DNA from: Candidatus Eremiobacteria bacterium
GTDB lineage: Bacteria; Vulcanimicrobiota; Vulcanimicrobiia; Vulcanimicrobiales; Vulcanimicrobiaceae
Assembly: GCA_963758295.1 (NCBI GenBank)
Contig: CAVWUU010000004.1
Span: 224,001-288,000 of the forward strand
DNA length: 64,000 nucleotides
Direction: 5' to 3'
The notes under the pieces were generated by a model. It was given only the letters and a program-made list of their open reading frames with translations. It was not told the DNA's origin and did not search any database. Position 1 is the stretch's first letter; each line of letters starts with the position of its first letter. Positions 27,951 through 37,245 of the stretch are shown piece by piece. The translations under genes were made by a program, and so were the position numbers.

Positions 27951-29893
27951 TGCGGAGAGCGTTTGCCTCGGTCCTAACACTGTGTGCGGCAGCGCTGATG
28001 TGCTGCTGCGCCGCAAGAACCGACGAGCCCGTTCACGCGGCGTCCCGGGTGTCGAAACAGCAGCCGGCCAATCTCACGCGCAACACGCTGCTCCTCCGCG
28101 GAGCGGCGCCGCTCGTGCTCGGCGTTTTCGAAATCGACGGCGACGGGTCGAACGGCGCGCAAGGAACGATTCAACCGGGCGCAGCCGTGTGGAACGCCAA
28201 CAGCGGGCAGATGCTCAACGATCGCCAGATCAACGTGCCTCCGAACGGGAACTTCACAACGGCTCTGTCGGGCGCCGGACATGACGCTCCCTCGCTCGTC
28301 TCGCTGGCCAATGGTGGAGTGCTGGTACCGTACGGCGCCGCAAGCAGTTACCTGGCGTATCATCCGCCGGCTTCGTGGCATTGCTTTACAACGCTCGCGT
28401 GCGAACCGTTCAAATACATTGCCCATCAGCAGGCGACCCCGTCGATTCTCGACGAGCTCGCGCAATCGCCGGAGTACTTGATGCCCACGGTCGGTATCTC
28501 CGAAGTCTCGTTCGCGACGCTGGGAAATGCGACGATCGTCGCGGGCCAACAGCAGCCTTCGGCGCGTTTCGGTGAAGCTGGAACGCAGGCGTACGTTGCA
28601 CTGCACGCGACCGGCAATTCGGTTGCCTTTGATACGACTGCCGGACCCTGGAACTTCACATCATCGCACGAACCGCCGGGCGACGGATTGCAGGCGTTGA
28701 CGCTAACGCCGGCGGACGATGCGTACTTTGCCTTCGGCATCACGTCGAGCTCGCCGGGCAGCGGCAGCGTTTCGATGGATTTCGGAAGCGGCAGCTGCAC
28801 GATCACCGTTTCCAGTACGGGTAGCGCCGCCGATAGTGCGGCGCAAATTGCATCGGCCTTTCCTCATGTTTGCCCGCAGCTTGCATCGCGCTTCGGCGCG
28901 GTGCAGGCGCAATACGATCCGGCGATGCGGGTTGGCGGCGTTGCGCTCGCTCCCGCCATCGTTGGAATCACCGCGTCGAATCCGCAAGGGCTTCCGGCGT
29001 GGAGCGGGGTGCGCTTAACGTGCTCGGGCGCCATCGCGTGCGGATCGCCGCACGGTGCAAATACCGTTCTCGATGAACGCGGCTCGGGATTGCATCGCCA
29101 TTTTCTCTTCGGCGGCGTCTTACAACGCGGTCCGTACGTCTTTTACTTGATGGACGTCGAGCAGCTTACAGGCAGTTGGTACGGTCGCGGGCAAAGCAGT
29201 TTGGGACTTGCGCTTGCATGTTTCCGTACGACGGAACCGCACGGTGAGCAATGGACGTGGACCGATTGTTCCGGCCGTCACGCATTTACCGTCGCGCCGG
29301 GCATGAAAGCGGTTGCGCGGCTTTCAGCGGGATCCGCTGATTCTTATCTGATTCCGGGTCCGCAAAGTGGTTACGGCGGCGATATGGCGCCGTACGTGTA
29401 CGACTGGACGATGCGCGGGCAGCGGGACGCTCGCGGAATCCCGGTCATCGCTGCGGTTTCATCGACCGTGATGCAAGATGGAAACTTCATGTTTGCCCAT
29501 GGCTGTCAAACGACCACGCGCGTGCTCACGGTGTGTTATGCGAAATACGATCCGCGTTCGGGACGGACGCAATCGGCGGGGACGGTCGATCTTCCGAGCG
29601 GCGGCGGATCGTTAGCTTCGATTGCGCTTCGGACGTTGAGCGATGGTCAACCGGAACTCGCCGTTATGAGCGGTGTGGGGCGCAAGTGGAGCTGCGGCCA
29701 GCCCGGCATCTGCTTCATGACCTACCGTTACGATCGTTCCGGCCGTTGGCTTCATCTCGGAACCAGTTCTATCGGTGGTCTGGACAACGCGGCGTTCCCC
29801 GGAACGATCTCAGTATCCGACAATAAGTTCGTCGTTCAGATGCACCGGCTCACCGAACGCGGCTCCGAATCGGAAGTGCAAATTCGATCGTAG
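27947..29893 (+). CDS. Hypothetical secreted or lipoprotein, Cys/Gly/Ser-rich
   Basis: N-terminal signal ending in CCC; long ORF coupled to the upstream GT; no family recognised. Confidence 0.65.
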   Translation: MMRRAFASVLTLCAAALMCCCAARTDEPVHAASRVSKQQPANLTRNTLLLRGAAPLVLGVFEIDGDGSNGAQGTIQPGAAVWNANSGQMLNDRQINVPPNGNFTTALSGAGHDAPSLVSLANGGVLVPYGAASSYLAYHPPASWHCFTTLACEPFKYIAHQQATPSILDELAQSPEYLMPTVGISEVSFATLGNATIVAGQQQPSARFGEAGTQAYVALHATGNSVAFDTTAGPWNFTSSHEPPGDGLQALTLTPADDAYFAFGITSSSPGSGSVSMDFGSGSCTITVSSTGSAADSAAQIASAFPHVCPQLASRFGAVQAQYDPAMRVGGVALAPAIVGITASNPQGLPAWSGVRLTCSGAIACGSPHGANTVLDERGSGLHRHFLFGGVLQRGPYVFYLMDVEQLTGSWYGRGQSSLGLALACFRTTEPHGEQWTWTDCSGRHAFTVAPGMKAVARLSAGSADSYLIPGPQSGYGGDMAPYVYDWTMRGQRDARGIPVIAAVSSTVMQDGNFMFAHGCQTTTRVLTVCYAKYDPRSGRTQSAGTVDLPSGGGSLASIALRTLSDGQPELAVMSGVGRKWSCGQPGICFMTYRYDRSGRWLHLGTSSIGGLDNAAFPGTISVSDNKFVVQMHRLTERGSESEVQIRS

Positions 29894-31029
29894 AGCCCGC
29901 GTAACGTGAGGCATTCCGCATCAAAAGAGAACTCTCGCGCTGCCTGGCGTGAGAGTTCTGCGTAGCGGGCATGCTCGGCTTCGTTTGCGTGAATTCTTGC
30001 CAGGGCTTCTCCGTGCGCAGCACCGTCGCCGATCGGCACTAAGGCGCCGAGGTCGTGGCTTTCAACGATTTCGGCGATGCGGCCGATGCGCGACGCGACG
30101 ATAGGCAGTTCGAAGAGCGCATATTCGAAGAGTTTGTTTGGCGTCCCGCGGCGGTTATTTTCGGTGTCCGCAAGCGGCATGTATCCGACGCGCGCATGCG
30201 CAAGCCACTGCTGCGCTTCGTCGTACGCGACGTTGCCGAGCATGATTACGCCGGCTTCGTCCGCGCGCGCGAGAAGCTGCGGACGGAGTTCCGCCGGATA
30301 TTCGCCGAGATCGACCGTTCCAAGCACGACCATGGCAAGATCGGGCGAATGCACTTTGAGATATTCGGCCGCTGCCACCAGATCGTCAAACGCGCGAAGG
30401 CGCATTGCGCCTCCGGTATGCAGAACGTACGGACGGCCGTCGAGCGGATGCGGCGTCTGGCGAGCGCGTATAACCGCGAAGGAATCCAGGTTCGGGAAAT
30501 TTCGCACGAGCGCAACGCGATCCATTGGAACGAGGCGTTCGTAACGCGGACGCATCGCTTCGCTAACGATCACGACGCCGGCGAAACGGGGCAGTACCGA
30601 ACGCTCCACGGCGCCGTAGAGCTTCGCCGCAAATTGGCGCAGCGGCTTGGGGATCCATTGCGACGCTTCGATGCGTTCGTAATAGAATTCGTGAACGTCA
30701 TAAACAACGCGCCAGCCGGCGAAGGCCGGAAGCGCCGCTACAAGCAGCAATTCGGGATCGTGAATGTGAACGATTGCGTCCTGATGGGCATAGATCGTCA
30801 GCAGAGCCCGAAGATCGCGTGCCAGGCGACGCCAGCGCGAACCCTCTCGGGACCCGAGCGGCAGCAACACTACGCCTTCGGCCTCACCGGCTCGATCGAC
30901 GGTCGTTGCAAGCCGGACGTCAACACCCGAATCAGCCAATGCGCGCACTTCCTTGTAATAGATGCGCGTATCGAGCGGCTGATGTACGGTAGTGACGTGC
31001 AGGACGCGGAGTTTTGAAGGAGCGGGCAT
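29836..31029 (-). CDS. Glycosyltransferase family 4
   Basis: RVLHVTTVH...DTRIYYKE, HIHDPELL, VYDVHE, PNKLFEY; SD GAGGA 5 nt before ATG 31029. Confidence 0.9.
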   Translation of the reverse strand: MPAPSKLRVLHVTTVHQPLDTRIYYKEVRALADSGVDVRLATTVDRAGEAEGVVLLPLGSREGSRWRRLARDLRALLTIYAHQDAIVHIHDPELLLVAALPAFAGWRVVYDVHEFYYERIEASQWIPKPLRQFAAKLYGAVERSVLPRFAGVVIVSEAMRPRYERLVPMDRVALVRNFPNLDSFAVIRARQTPHPLDGRPYVLHTGGAMRLRAFDDLVAAAEYLKVHSPDLAMVVLGTVDLGEYPAELRPQLLARADEAGVIMLGNVAYDEAQQWLAHARVGYMPLADTENNRRGTPNKLFEYALFELPIVASRIGRIAEIVESHDLGALVPIGDGAAHGEALARIHANEAEHARYAELSRQAAREFSFDAECLTLRGLYDRICTSDSEPRSVSRCI

Positions 31030-32227
31030 GCAAATCCTCATGGTAGCGAACAATTTTCCGTCGAACATCCACCCGCATCGCGGCATGTTCAATCTTCGTC
31101 AGGCCATGGCGTTGCGGCAGCGCGGACACGAGGTACGCGTCGTGACGTTCGTTCCGCATTTCCCGCCGTTAAGCGCGCGATGGTACGAATATCGTAACCT
31201 ATCGCATGCTTACGATGTCGAAGGCATATCGGTACGGGTGCTACGGGGCCTTCTGGGTCCGAAGTCCTGGGCGATCGGCACATTGCCGGGACAACTGGGA
31301 CGCTCGCTTCGGGCTATCGAGGCGAAGTTCGAGCCCGACGTCGTCCACGTGCACGGCCTGCTTCCCGCCGGCGCAATGGCGGCCGCATTCCGGACGCCGT
31401 ACTTGCTCACCGCGCACGGAACGGAGGCCTACGCGCTTCCCTGGCGGCGTAAGGGGCTCGAGCGGGTCGCGCGCAAAGCGATTTCCGCCGCTGCTCGCGT
31501 CTGCGCTGTTTCAGCCTTCGTAGGGACGCATTTGGAGCGCCTGGGAGCGAGCGGCGTGGACGTCATCTATAACGGCGCCGATACGGAGACGTTCAAACCT
31601 GGAGACCGCACGGTTGCTAAAGTCGAATTGGATCTGCCGCCCGGCCGCCCCGTTATCGCTTTCGGCGCCAATCTTATCGTCGCGAAGGGACCCTACGAAC
31701 TCGTTGCGGCGGCAGCGCGCATCGGCGATCTGAATCCGGTTGTCGTCTTCGGCGGCGACGGTGCCGCGCGCCCAGGCGTGGAAGCGGCCGCGCGCGACGC
31801 CGGCATTGATGCGCGATTCCTTGGGCGCGTCGACCATCCTACCCTTTCGCGGCTCATGTGCGCGTGCGACGCGTACGTCTTGGCAAGCCACGCAGAAGGG
31901 TTGCCGACGGTCCTGTGTGAGGCGATGAACGCGGCTCGCGCAATAGTCGCAACGCGAGTCGGAGGTATTCCGGAAATCGTCAAAGACGGCGAAACGGGAT
32001 TCACCATCGAGAAAGGCGACGTCGACGCGCTGGCGGATCGCTTGCGCGTTATCCTCGAAGATGGGACGTTGCGCGAACGCTTTGAAAGTGCCGCACTCGC
32101 GTTCGCGCGCGCGAACTTGACATGGGATATCAACGCCGCGAGATACGAGAGCATTTACGGCGAGATCGCCCGGAACCAGAAAAGCGAAAGGCCTCGTGCC
32201 GTAAAGCACGAGGCCGTAAACGCTTAG
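31028..32227 (+). CDS. Glycosyltransferase family 4 (TuaC-like)
   Basis: MQILMVANNFP, TAHGTE, SHAEGLPTVLCEAM (EX7E); SD AAGGAG 5 nt before ATG 31028. Confidence 0.9.
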   Translation: MQILMVANNFPSNIHPHRGMFNLRQAMALRQRGHEVRVVTFVPHFPPLSARWYEYRNLSHAYDVEGISVRVLRGLLGPKSWAIGTLPGQLGRSLRAIEAKFEPDVVHVHGLLPAGAMAAAFRTPYLLTAHGTEAYALPWRRKGLERVARKAISAAARVCAVSAFVGTHLERLGASGVDVIYNGADTETFKPGDRTVAKVELDLPPGRPVIAFGANLIVAKGPYELVAAAARIGDLNPVVVFGGDGAARPGVEAAARDAGIDARFLGRVDHPTLSRLMCACDAYVLASHAEGLPTVLCEAMNAARAIVATRVGGIPEIVKDGETGFTIEKGDVDALADRLRVILEDGTLRERFESAALAFARANLTWDINAARYESIYGEIARNQKSERPRAVKHEAVNA

Positions 32228-32243
32228 GCGGTGATGCCGTTTC

Positions 32244-34310
32244 TTATTGGAAAACCACTTCGGCTTCGAGTGCCGGGAGGTATGTCGGCGGTGCACCGCC
32301 GTTAAGTGCAGCCGTTCCGCCATCGGTCGTTCCATAGCCGCTGAGCACGAGCGTGTGCTGGTACTGCGGGAAGGGGAACGGGACGGTTCCGCTGGTGTTG
32401 GGGTTTACCGCAATTGCGCACGGCCCGGCATAGTTGCCGGCGTAGTAGCAGGTTTGGTATTCGCGGCCGTATGCGCCGCCCGATTGCATTAGTCCCGAGA
32501 CGTCGCTCGGAGCGGCAACTTTCGGATTCATGACGACCAGTTGCTGTTCCGGGAAGACGTGGAAGTTCGACGGCGTGGCGTAGGCTTCCCAAAGGATGTT
32601 CGTGAGCGGATTGTACGTGAGCAAGAACGAGGCGTACGCATAGAGCCGTGCGTCCGTATTGGCCGAAGCGTCCGACGTGTTGCGTTCCTGGCAAGAGAAC
32701 ACTTTGTTTTGCGCGTTCACTTGCAGTTCGCTATTTTCTTCTGCCGTCCACAGCCAGCCGTTATTCTTTGCCGAAGCGTCGTCGCTGTAGCAGTGCTCGT
32801 AATTTCCTCCCATCGTATTGCTCGACGGGAGCAGCGAGATCGCCATCGACGGATTGTGGCCGTTGAGAACGTTCAGGCCGTTAATGATCACCGGCACCGG
32901 AGCGGAGTTGTTCAGCGCCATGCCGCCCGTGATCCACGAGCTGTCGCTGTAATTGCAGGGCAGGCCCGGCGTAAAGATGCTTCCAAAATCGCTGAGCGGG
33001 CCGTTGTCGTCTTGATAGATCGCGTCGAAATGGGCGCTGCCGATCTGCGCGAGCGTCTTTGAACGGTACAGCGACTGCATGTCGGGCGAATTTGGATCCA
33101 TCACGTACTGCGTCACACGATTGTTGAAGATGTCGGTAACGCGGTTTCCGCTGCAATCATGGGCGAAGGTCGATTCGTCCGAAGTGAACAGCGGATCGTT
33201 GCTTTGCGTGCGGTTCGGATCGGTGTAGAACTGGGTTTTGATTCCGGCGGCCGAGATCGCGTTGGCATGAGCTATGTCGGTCTGCGCCCACGTTAGGTAT
33301 TGCGCTGCCGTCGTCCAGGCGATCGACGTCGTGCCGTTCGTGCCGGCCAGATAGTCGGCGTTGAGGACGTGCGTTTGCGAGATCGGTCCGGGCGTCGGCG
33401 TAGCGACGGCCGCGGGCGGGGGCGTCGGATTCATCACGACGATTTGAACCGCCGTGATCGAGCCTGACGTACCGCCGGTTCCAGTAACAGTGGCTGTTGA
33501 GCCGGCCTGCAGGGTTCCCCCGGCTACGACGGTCGTGCCCGTGATTACGACCGGAACGGCCGTATGCGTCGAGTCGACGTTCAGCGTGATGCCGTACGGC
33601 GTGCCGCCGGCAATCGCGCCGCTCGCGGTCGTCGAGGACGGCGCCGCGCCCCAGGACGTTACCACGACCGCTACAGGCGAAGTCGAAAGCGATCCCGTGC
33701 CGCTGATCTGAGCGTATTGCCCGACGACCGGGCCCGTTTTCGTGCCAACGAAAGCGGTTGACGCGGTGTACGTAATCCACATGTAGCCGTGCGGACTGCC
33801 GGAATTGATTTCGAAGCGGTTAGAGCCGAGCGCTACGATCGGACCTTGCGTGGAGATCAGGCTTGGGCTTGGCTTCGAGATAACGACCGGCGCAGGGGTG
33901 TTCGCGGCGGCAGGCGTGGGCGTGGCGCCTAGGACCTGAGTAGTCTGGACCTGTGCTACCGCGGTCGCGGTGACGGATCTCGACCACGAGCCGGTGCCGG
34001 TTACCTCGACGTTTTCACCCGTGAAAGGCGCGGGTCCAATTATTGCCGTCTGTGCGTTGGTGTAGATGTGCACCAGGCCGTGCGAGCTGCCGGTGTTGAG
34101 GGTGAAGCCGCCGGCGAAGAGTCCGGCGATCGGGCCGCTGCCTTGCAGCGTGCCGTCGGGATTGGTCGTTGCCACGGCCGGCACCGCTCCGCCCGTCGGA
34201 GTGGGAACCGTCCCTGGAAGAGCGTTACCATTTGCGCTAGAGCCGCCGCCGCCACCGCAAGCGGTGAGGGAGAGGCCGGCAAGGAGACAGGCGAATGCAA
34301 TGCGTTTCAT
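32244..34310 (-). CDS. Lipoprotein with DUF5666-like repeats and a putative C-terminal glycoside hydrolase-like domain
   Basis: Lipobox LTAC + GGGG; three ~70-aa beta repeats separated by PTP linkers; C-domain with FDAIYQDD and GGNYEHC. Confidence 0.7.
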   Translation of the reverse strand: MKRIAFACLLAGLSLTACGGGGGSSANGNALPGTVPTPTGGAVPAVATTNPDGTLQGSGPIAGLFAGGFTLNTGSSHGLVHIYTNAQTAIIGPAPFTGENVEVTGTGSWSRSVTATAVAQVQTTQVLGATPTPAAANTPAPVVISKPSPSLISTQGPIVALGSNRFEINSGSPHGYMWITYTASTAFVGTKTGPVVGQYAQISGTGSLSTSPVAVVVTSWGAAPSSTTASGAIAGGTPYGITLNVDSTHTAVPVVITGTTVVAGGTLQAGSTATVTGTGGTSGSITAVQIVVMNPTPPPAAVATPTPGPISQTHVLNADYLAGTNGTTSIAWTTAAQYLTWAQTDIAHANAISAAGIKTQFYTDPNRTQSNDPLFTSDESTFAHDCSGNRVTDIFNNRVTQYVMDPNSPDMQSLYRSKTLAQIGSAHFDAIYQDDNGPLSDFGSIFTPGLPCNYSDSSWITGGMALNNSAPVPVIINGLNVLNGHNPSMAISLLPSSNTMGGNYEHCYSDDASAKNNGWLWTAEENSELQVNAQNKVFSCQERNTSDASANTDARLYAYASFLLTYNPLTNILWEAYATPSNFHVFPEQQLVVMNPKVAAPSDVSGLMQSGGAYGREYQTCYYAGNYAGPCAIAVNPNTSGTVPFPFPQYQHTLVLSGYGTTDGGTAALNGGAPPTYLPALEAEVVFQ

Positions 34311-34566
34311 AGCACCTTTCGCATCGACACATTTCCCGTATCATAACAGTCTCTTTACGAAATGCCTTACAATGTGTTTGTTGACTTTACACCATATTTA
34401 CTCGGTCGATTGAATGCTAAATAAGCAAGCGTAGTAAGACTTTCCGCTTGCCCGTATGGCGACGTTACAGTCCCGGGCTCCATGATTGCCTACCCCTGTT
34501 GACCCGCGTCATTGCTGGGCCGTTCGGGCCGTCGACGCCGGAAAAGCTTGGTACCTGGAGCAAAAT

Positions 34567-34582
34567 TACCCCATATGGGGGA
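34567..34582. promoter_or_regulatory. Candidate NarL/LuxR-type operator
   Basis: TACCCCA-TA-TGGGGGA containing the perfect palindrome CCCCATATGGGG, 70 nt upstream of the regulator. Confidence 0.4.
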
Positions 34583-34651
34583 GTCAATTCCGTCCTGTTG
34601 CGGGGTATGATTGCCGCGTCCCGTTTCCATCCAAATTGTGCGAAAGGATCC

Positions 34652-35296
34652 ATGGTGTTAACTTCAGTCGACACGATCCGCTTGTACGTCGTTGAAGGGC
34701 AAGTGCTTTTTGCAAAGGCCCTCTGCCAGGTGTTCGCCGCGGAGCGCAACGTCGAAATCGTTGGCGACGCGCAAACGATCGATGAACCACTTTTGGCAAA
34801 AGCGCGTCCGGACGTCGTGATTCTTGATCTTGACGGCGCGAGCGTCGGGCTGGTCGATGCGCTCGAACGATGTCGAGCCGCCGTTCCCTCCGCGCGCATA
34901 TGCGCGCTCACAATGCGTCCTGCTCCGGAAATCATGCAACGTTGCTTGGCTGCCGGTGCCGAGGGCTACATCATCAAAGATGTCACGCCGGCCGAACTCA
35001 TTCGCGCGGTGAAGCTGGTGGCCTCAGGTGAAACGTACGTAGATCCACGAGTAGCAGGTGGTTGGTTGCGACGCCGCTCGAACGGCAACCGGCGCGCCGA
35101 CTTGAACGAACTCTCTGCACGTGAAACCGAAGTCATCCGCCTGATCGCCGAAGGGCTCTCCAACAAAGAAATCAGCGCGCGGCTGAACCTCTCCGAAAAA
35201 ACTATCAAGAACCATATCAGCCGGATTTTCTCAAAGCTGAATATCTACGCGCGCACGCAAGCTGCGGTGCACGCGATCAAGTTGGGCCTCCTCTAA
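34652..35296 (+). CDS. NarL/FixJ family response regulator (REC-LuxR HTH)
   Basis: PDVVILD, GYIIK, LSARETEVIRLIAEGLSNKEISARLNLSEKTIKNH; SD AAAGGA before ATG 34652. Confidence 0.93.
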   Translation: MVLTSVDTIRLYVVEGQVLFAKALCQVFAAERNVEIVGDAQTIDEPLLAKARPDVVILDLDGASVGLVDALERCRAAVPSARICALTMRPAPEIMQRCLAAGAEGYIIKDVTPAELIRAVKLVASGETYVDPRVAGGWLRRRSNGNRRADLNELSARETEVIRLIAEGLSNKEISARLNLSEKTIKNHISRIFSKLNIYARTQAAVHAIKLGLL

Positions 35297-35307
35297 CCGC
35301 AGGCGGC

Positions 35308-35349
35308 AAAAAGAAGAAGGCTCGATGCCTGAGCATCGAGCCTTCTTTC
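35308..35349. terminator. Bidirectional intrinsic terminator between convergent genes
   Basis: AAGAAGGCTCGATGC-ctga-GCATCGAGCCTTCTT 15-bp stem flanked by A- and T-tracts. Confidence 0.8.
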
Positions 35350-35366
35350 ATGCGCCTGCGGTCGCG

Positions 35367-37235
35367 CTACGGAAGCGCGATGTAGGCGCTCAAGGCCGGA
35401 ACCGTGCCCGGTGCTGCACCGGTGAACGACACCGTGCCGCCGTCCAAAACGCCATTGCCGCTTGGGGCCAGCCTGTGCGCGAACGTGTGAGCGAACGCCG
35501 GACGCGCGTGCGCAATGCTGTCGGGGTTTACGACCATGGCGCAAGCACCTACGAGCTTCCCGCGGTAGTAGCACGCGTTGTATTCGCGAACGTAGTTGCC
35601 GCTGGGGGTCTTGAGGCTCGCAATCGAGGCCGGCGTCGCAACGCGCGGCTGCAGGGCGACGAAGCCGCTTTCCGGCATCACGTGGACTCGCGACGGGGTC
35701 GCGAAGCTCGACCACAAGATGCTGTACGACGGATCGTACGTCATCTCAAAGGATGCCAGCTGATACAGACGTGAAGCGACGCTCCCCGACGCTGCGCCCG
35801 CATACAAGCCCATGCATTGGAAGATCTTGTGGCGCGTAACGAGATCGATCTGCGTCTGCTCGGTCGCCGTCCACGGCCATGAACCGTTTGCGGCAGCGTT
35901 GCTCTGCACGAAGCAGCTTTCGAAGTCGCCGCCGATGCTCTTCGACGCACCTTCCACGACTTGTTCCAGCATGGAAGGATTGTGGCCGTTGAGGCCGTTC
36001 ATGCCGTTGAGAATCGTTGGAACCGAAACAGCGGTTTCCAGCGCCTTTTCACCGGCGATCCACGTTGCGTCCGTGTAGCTGCACGGCAAACCCGGCGTGA
36101 AGCTCGTGGAAGCATAGTGGCCAAGTTCCAGGCCGTTATCTTCAAAGATGGCATCGACGTGGCCGCCGGCCGCAACCGATGATACATACGAAGCATACGA
36201 AGAGTGCAGCGCGCTCGAAGCGTTATTCATGATGTACTGGGTGATAGACCCGTACTTAGTCGTAACGTTCGCGGAAGAGCACGTCTTGCTAAAGCCGCTG
36301 GTGCTCGTCGAATGATAGAGCGGGTCGTTGCTTTGCGTGCGGTCCGGGGAAAAGTAAACTTCCGTCTTGATACCGAGCGCGTGCATTGCGTTGGTGTTTG
36401 CGATGCCCGTAGAGGCCCACGAAAGGTACGGCTGGGCCTGCGCGGCGCTCACCGAGGTCGTGCCGAACGGCGTGCCGAGATAGTCCGCCGTCAGAACGTG
36501 CAGCGGCACGCCTGCGGTTGTCGTCGTGGCGATCGCCGTCGTAACCGAACCGCCCGGCGACGGCGCCGGCGTTGCCGCGGCGGCGGTCGACGTGCTGCTC
36601 GAAGAAGAAGTGATTGCGGTCGCAAGAACGGCCGCATGCGTGCTGCCCACACCCGTGACGGTTACGGCTGAACCCACGGCCGGCGTTGCATTCATCGTGG
36701 TGGAACGCGCGATCATCACCGGGATTGTCGATCCCGTTGCCGCGTCACGCACCTGCGCGCCGTACCGAACGAACCCAAGGAACGTTCCGCTCACACTAAC
36801 CGGAGCCGGTGCGCTCGGAAGCACCGCGGCGTAAGACGCGGCGAGCGATCCGCTCGAAACCGTTCCTACGGCGATGGCGTACCGATTGGCGAGCAACGGC
36901 GAGATCGAGGTATTCACATACGAAGTCGCCGGATAATGAACCAACAACGTTGCATGCGTCGAGGTATCGAGCAAATCAAAATCGCCGCCACTCTTTAGTG
37001 CGGTGATCGTGCCTTGCGAAGCTGTTAACGTTGAGGTGTTTTTGTTGGTTGTCGTGCTGGTTGTAACTGCGTCCGTTACTGCGCCGGTGGCTGGATTTAT
37101 GCCATCCGTCGCGGCTCCGGCCATTGTGCCGGGTGGAGATCCTTGTTGAGGTAACAACGAGGAAGTGTTTTGGCTGCTGCATGCAGCAACGAGGCTTGCC
37201 AAAACGCAAGCCCCGAGCTTGTTACGCATTTGCAT
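35367..37235 (-). CDS. Lipoprotein, paralog of 32244..34310 (beta repeats + putative glycoside hydrolase-like domain)
   Basis: Lipobox VAAC; HVLTADYL, RTQSNDPL, VDAIFEDN, NGLNGHNPS, GGDFESC align with the paralog. Confidence 0.7.
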   Translation of the reverse strand: MQMRNKLGACVLASLVAACSSQNTSSLLPQQGSPPGTMAGAATDGINPATGAVTDAVTTSTTTNKNTSTLTASQGTITALKSGGDFDLLDTSTHATLLVHYPATSYVNTSISPLLANRYAIAVGTVSSGSLAASYAAVLPSAPAPVSVSGTFLGFVRYGAQVRDAATGSTIPVMIARSTTMNATPAVGSAVTVTGVGSTHAAVLATAITSSSSSTSTAAAATPAPSPGGSVTTAIATTTTAGVPLHVLTADYLGTPFGTTSVSAAQAQPYLSWASTGIANTNAMHALGIKTEVYFSPDRTQSNDPLYHSTSTSGFSKTCSSANVTTKYGSITQYIMNNASSALHSSYASYVSSVAAGGHVDAIFEDNGLELGHYASTSFTPGLPCSYTDATWIAGEKALETAVSVPTILNGMNGLNGHNPSMLEQVVEGASKSIGGDFESCFVQSNAAANGSWPWTATEQTQIDLVTRHKIFQCMGLYAGAASGSVASRLYQLASFEMTYDPSYSILWSSFATPSRVHVMPESGFVALQPRVATPASIASLKTPSGNYVREYNACYYRGKLVGACAMVVNPDSIAHARPAFAHTFAHRLAPSGNGVLDGGTVSFTGAAPGTVPALSAYIALP

Positions 37236-37245
37236 TGGTGCGTAT

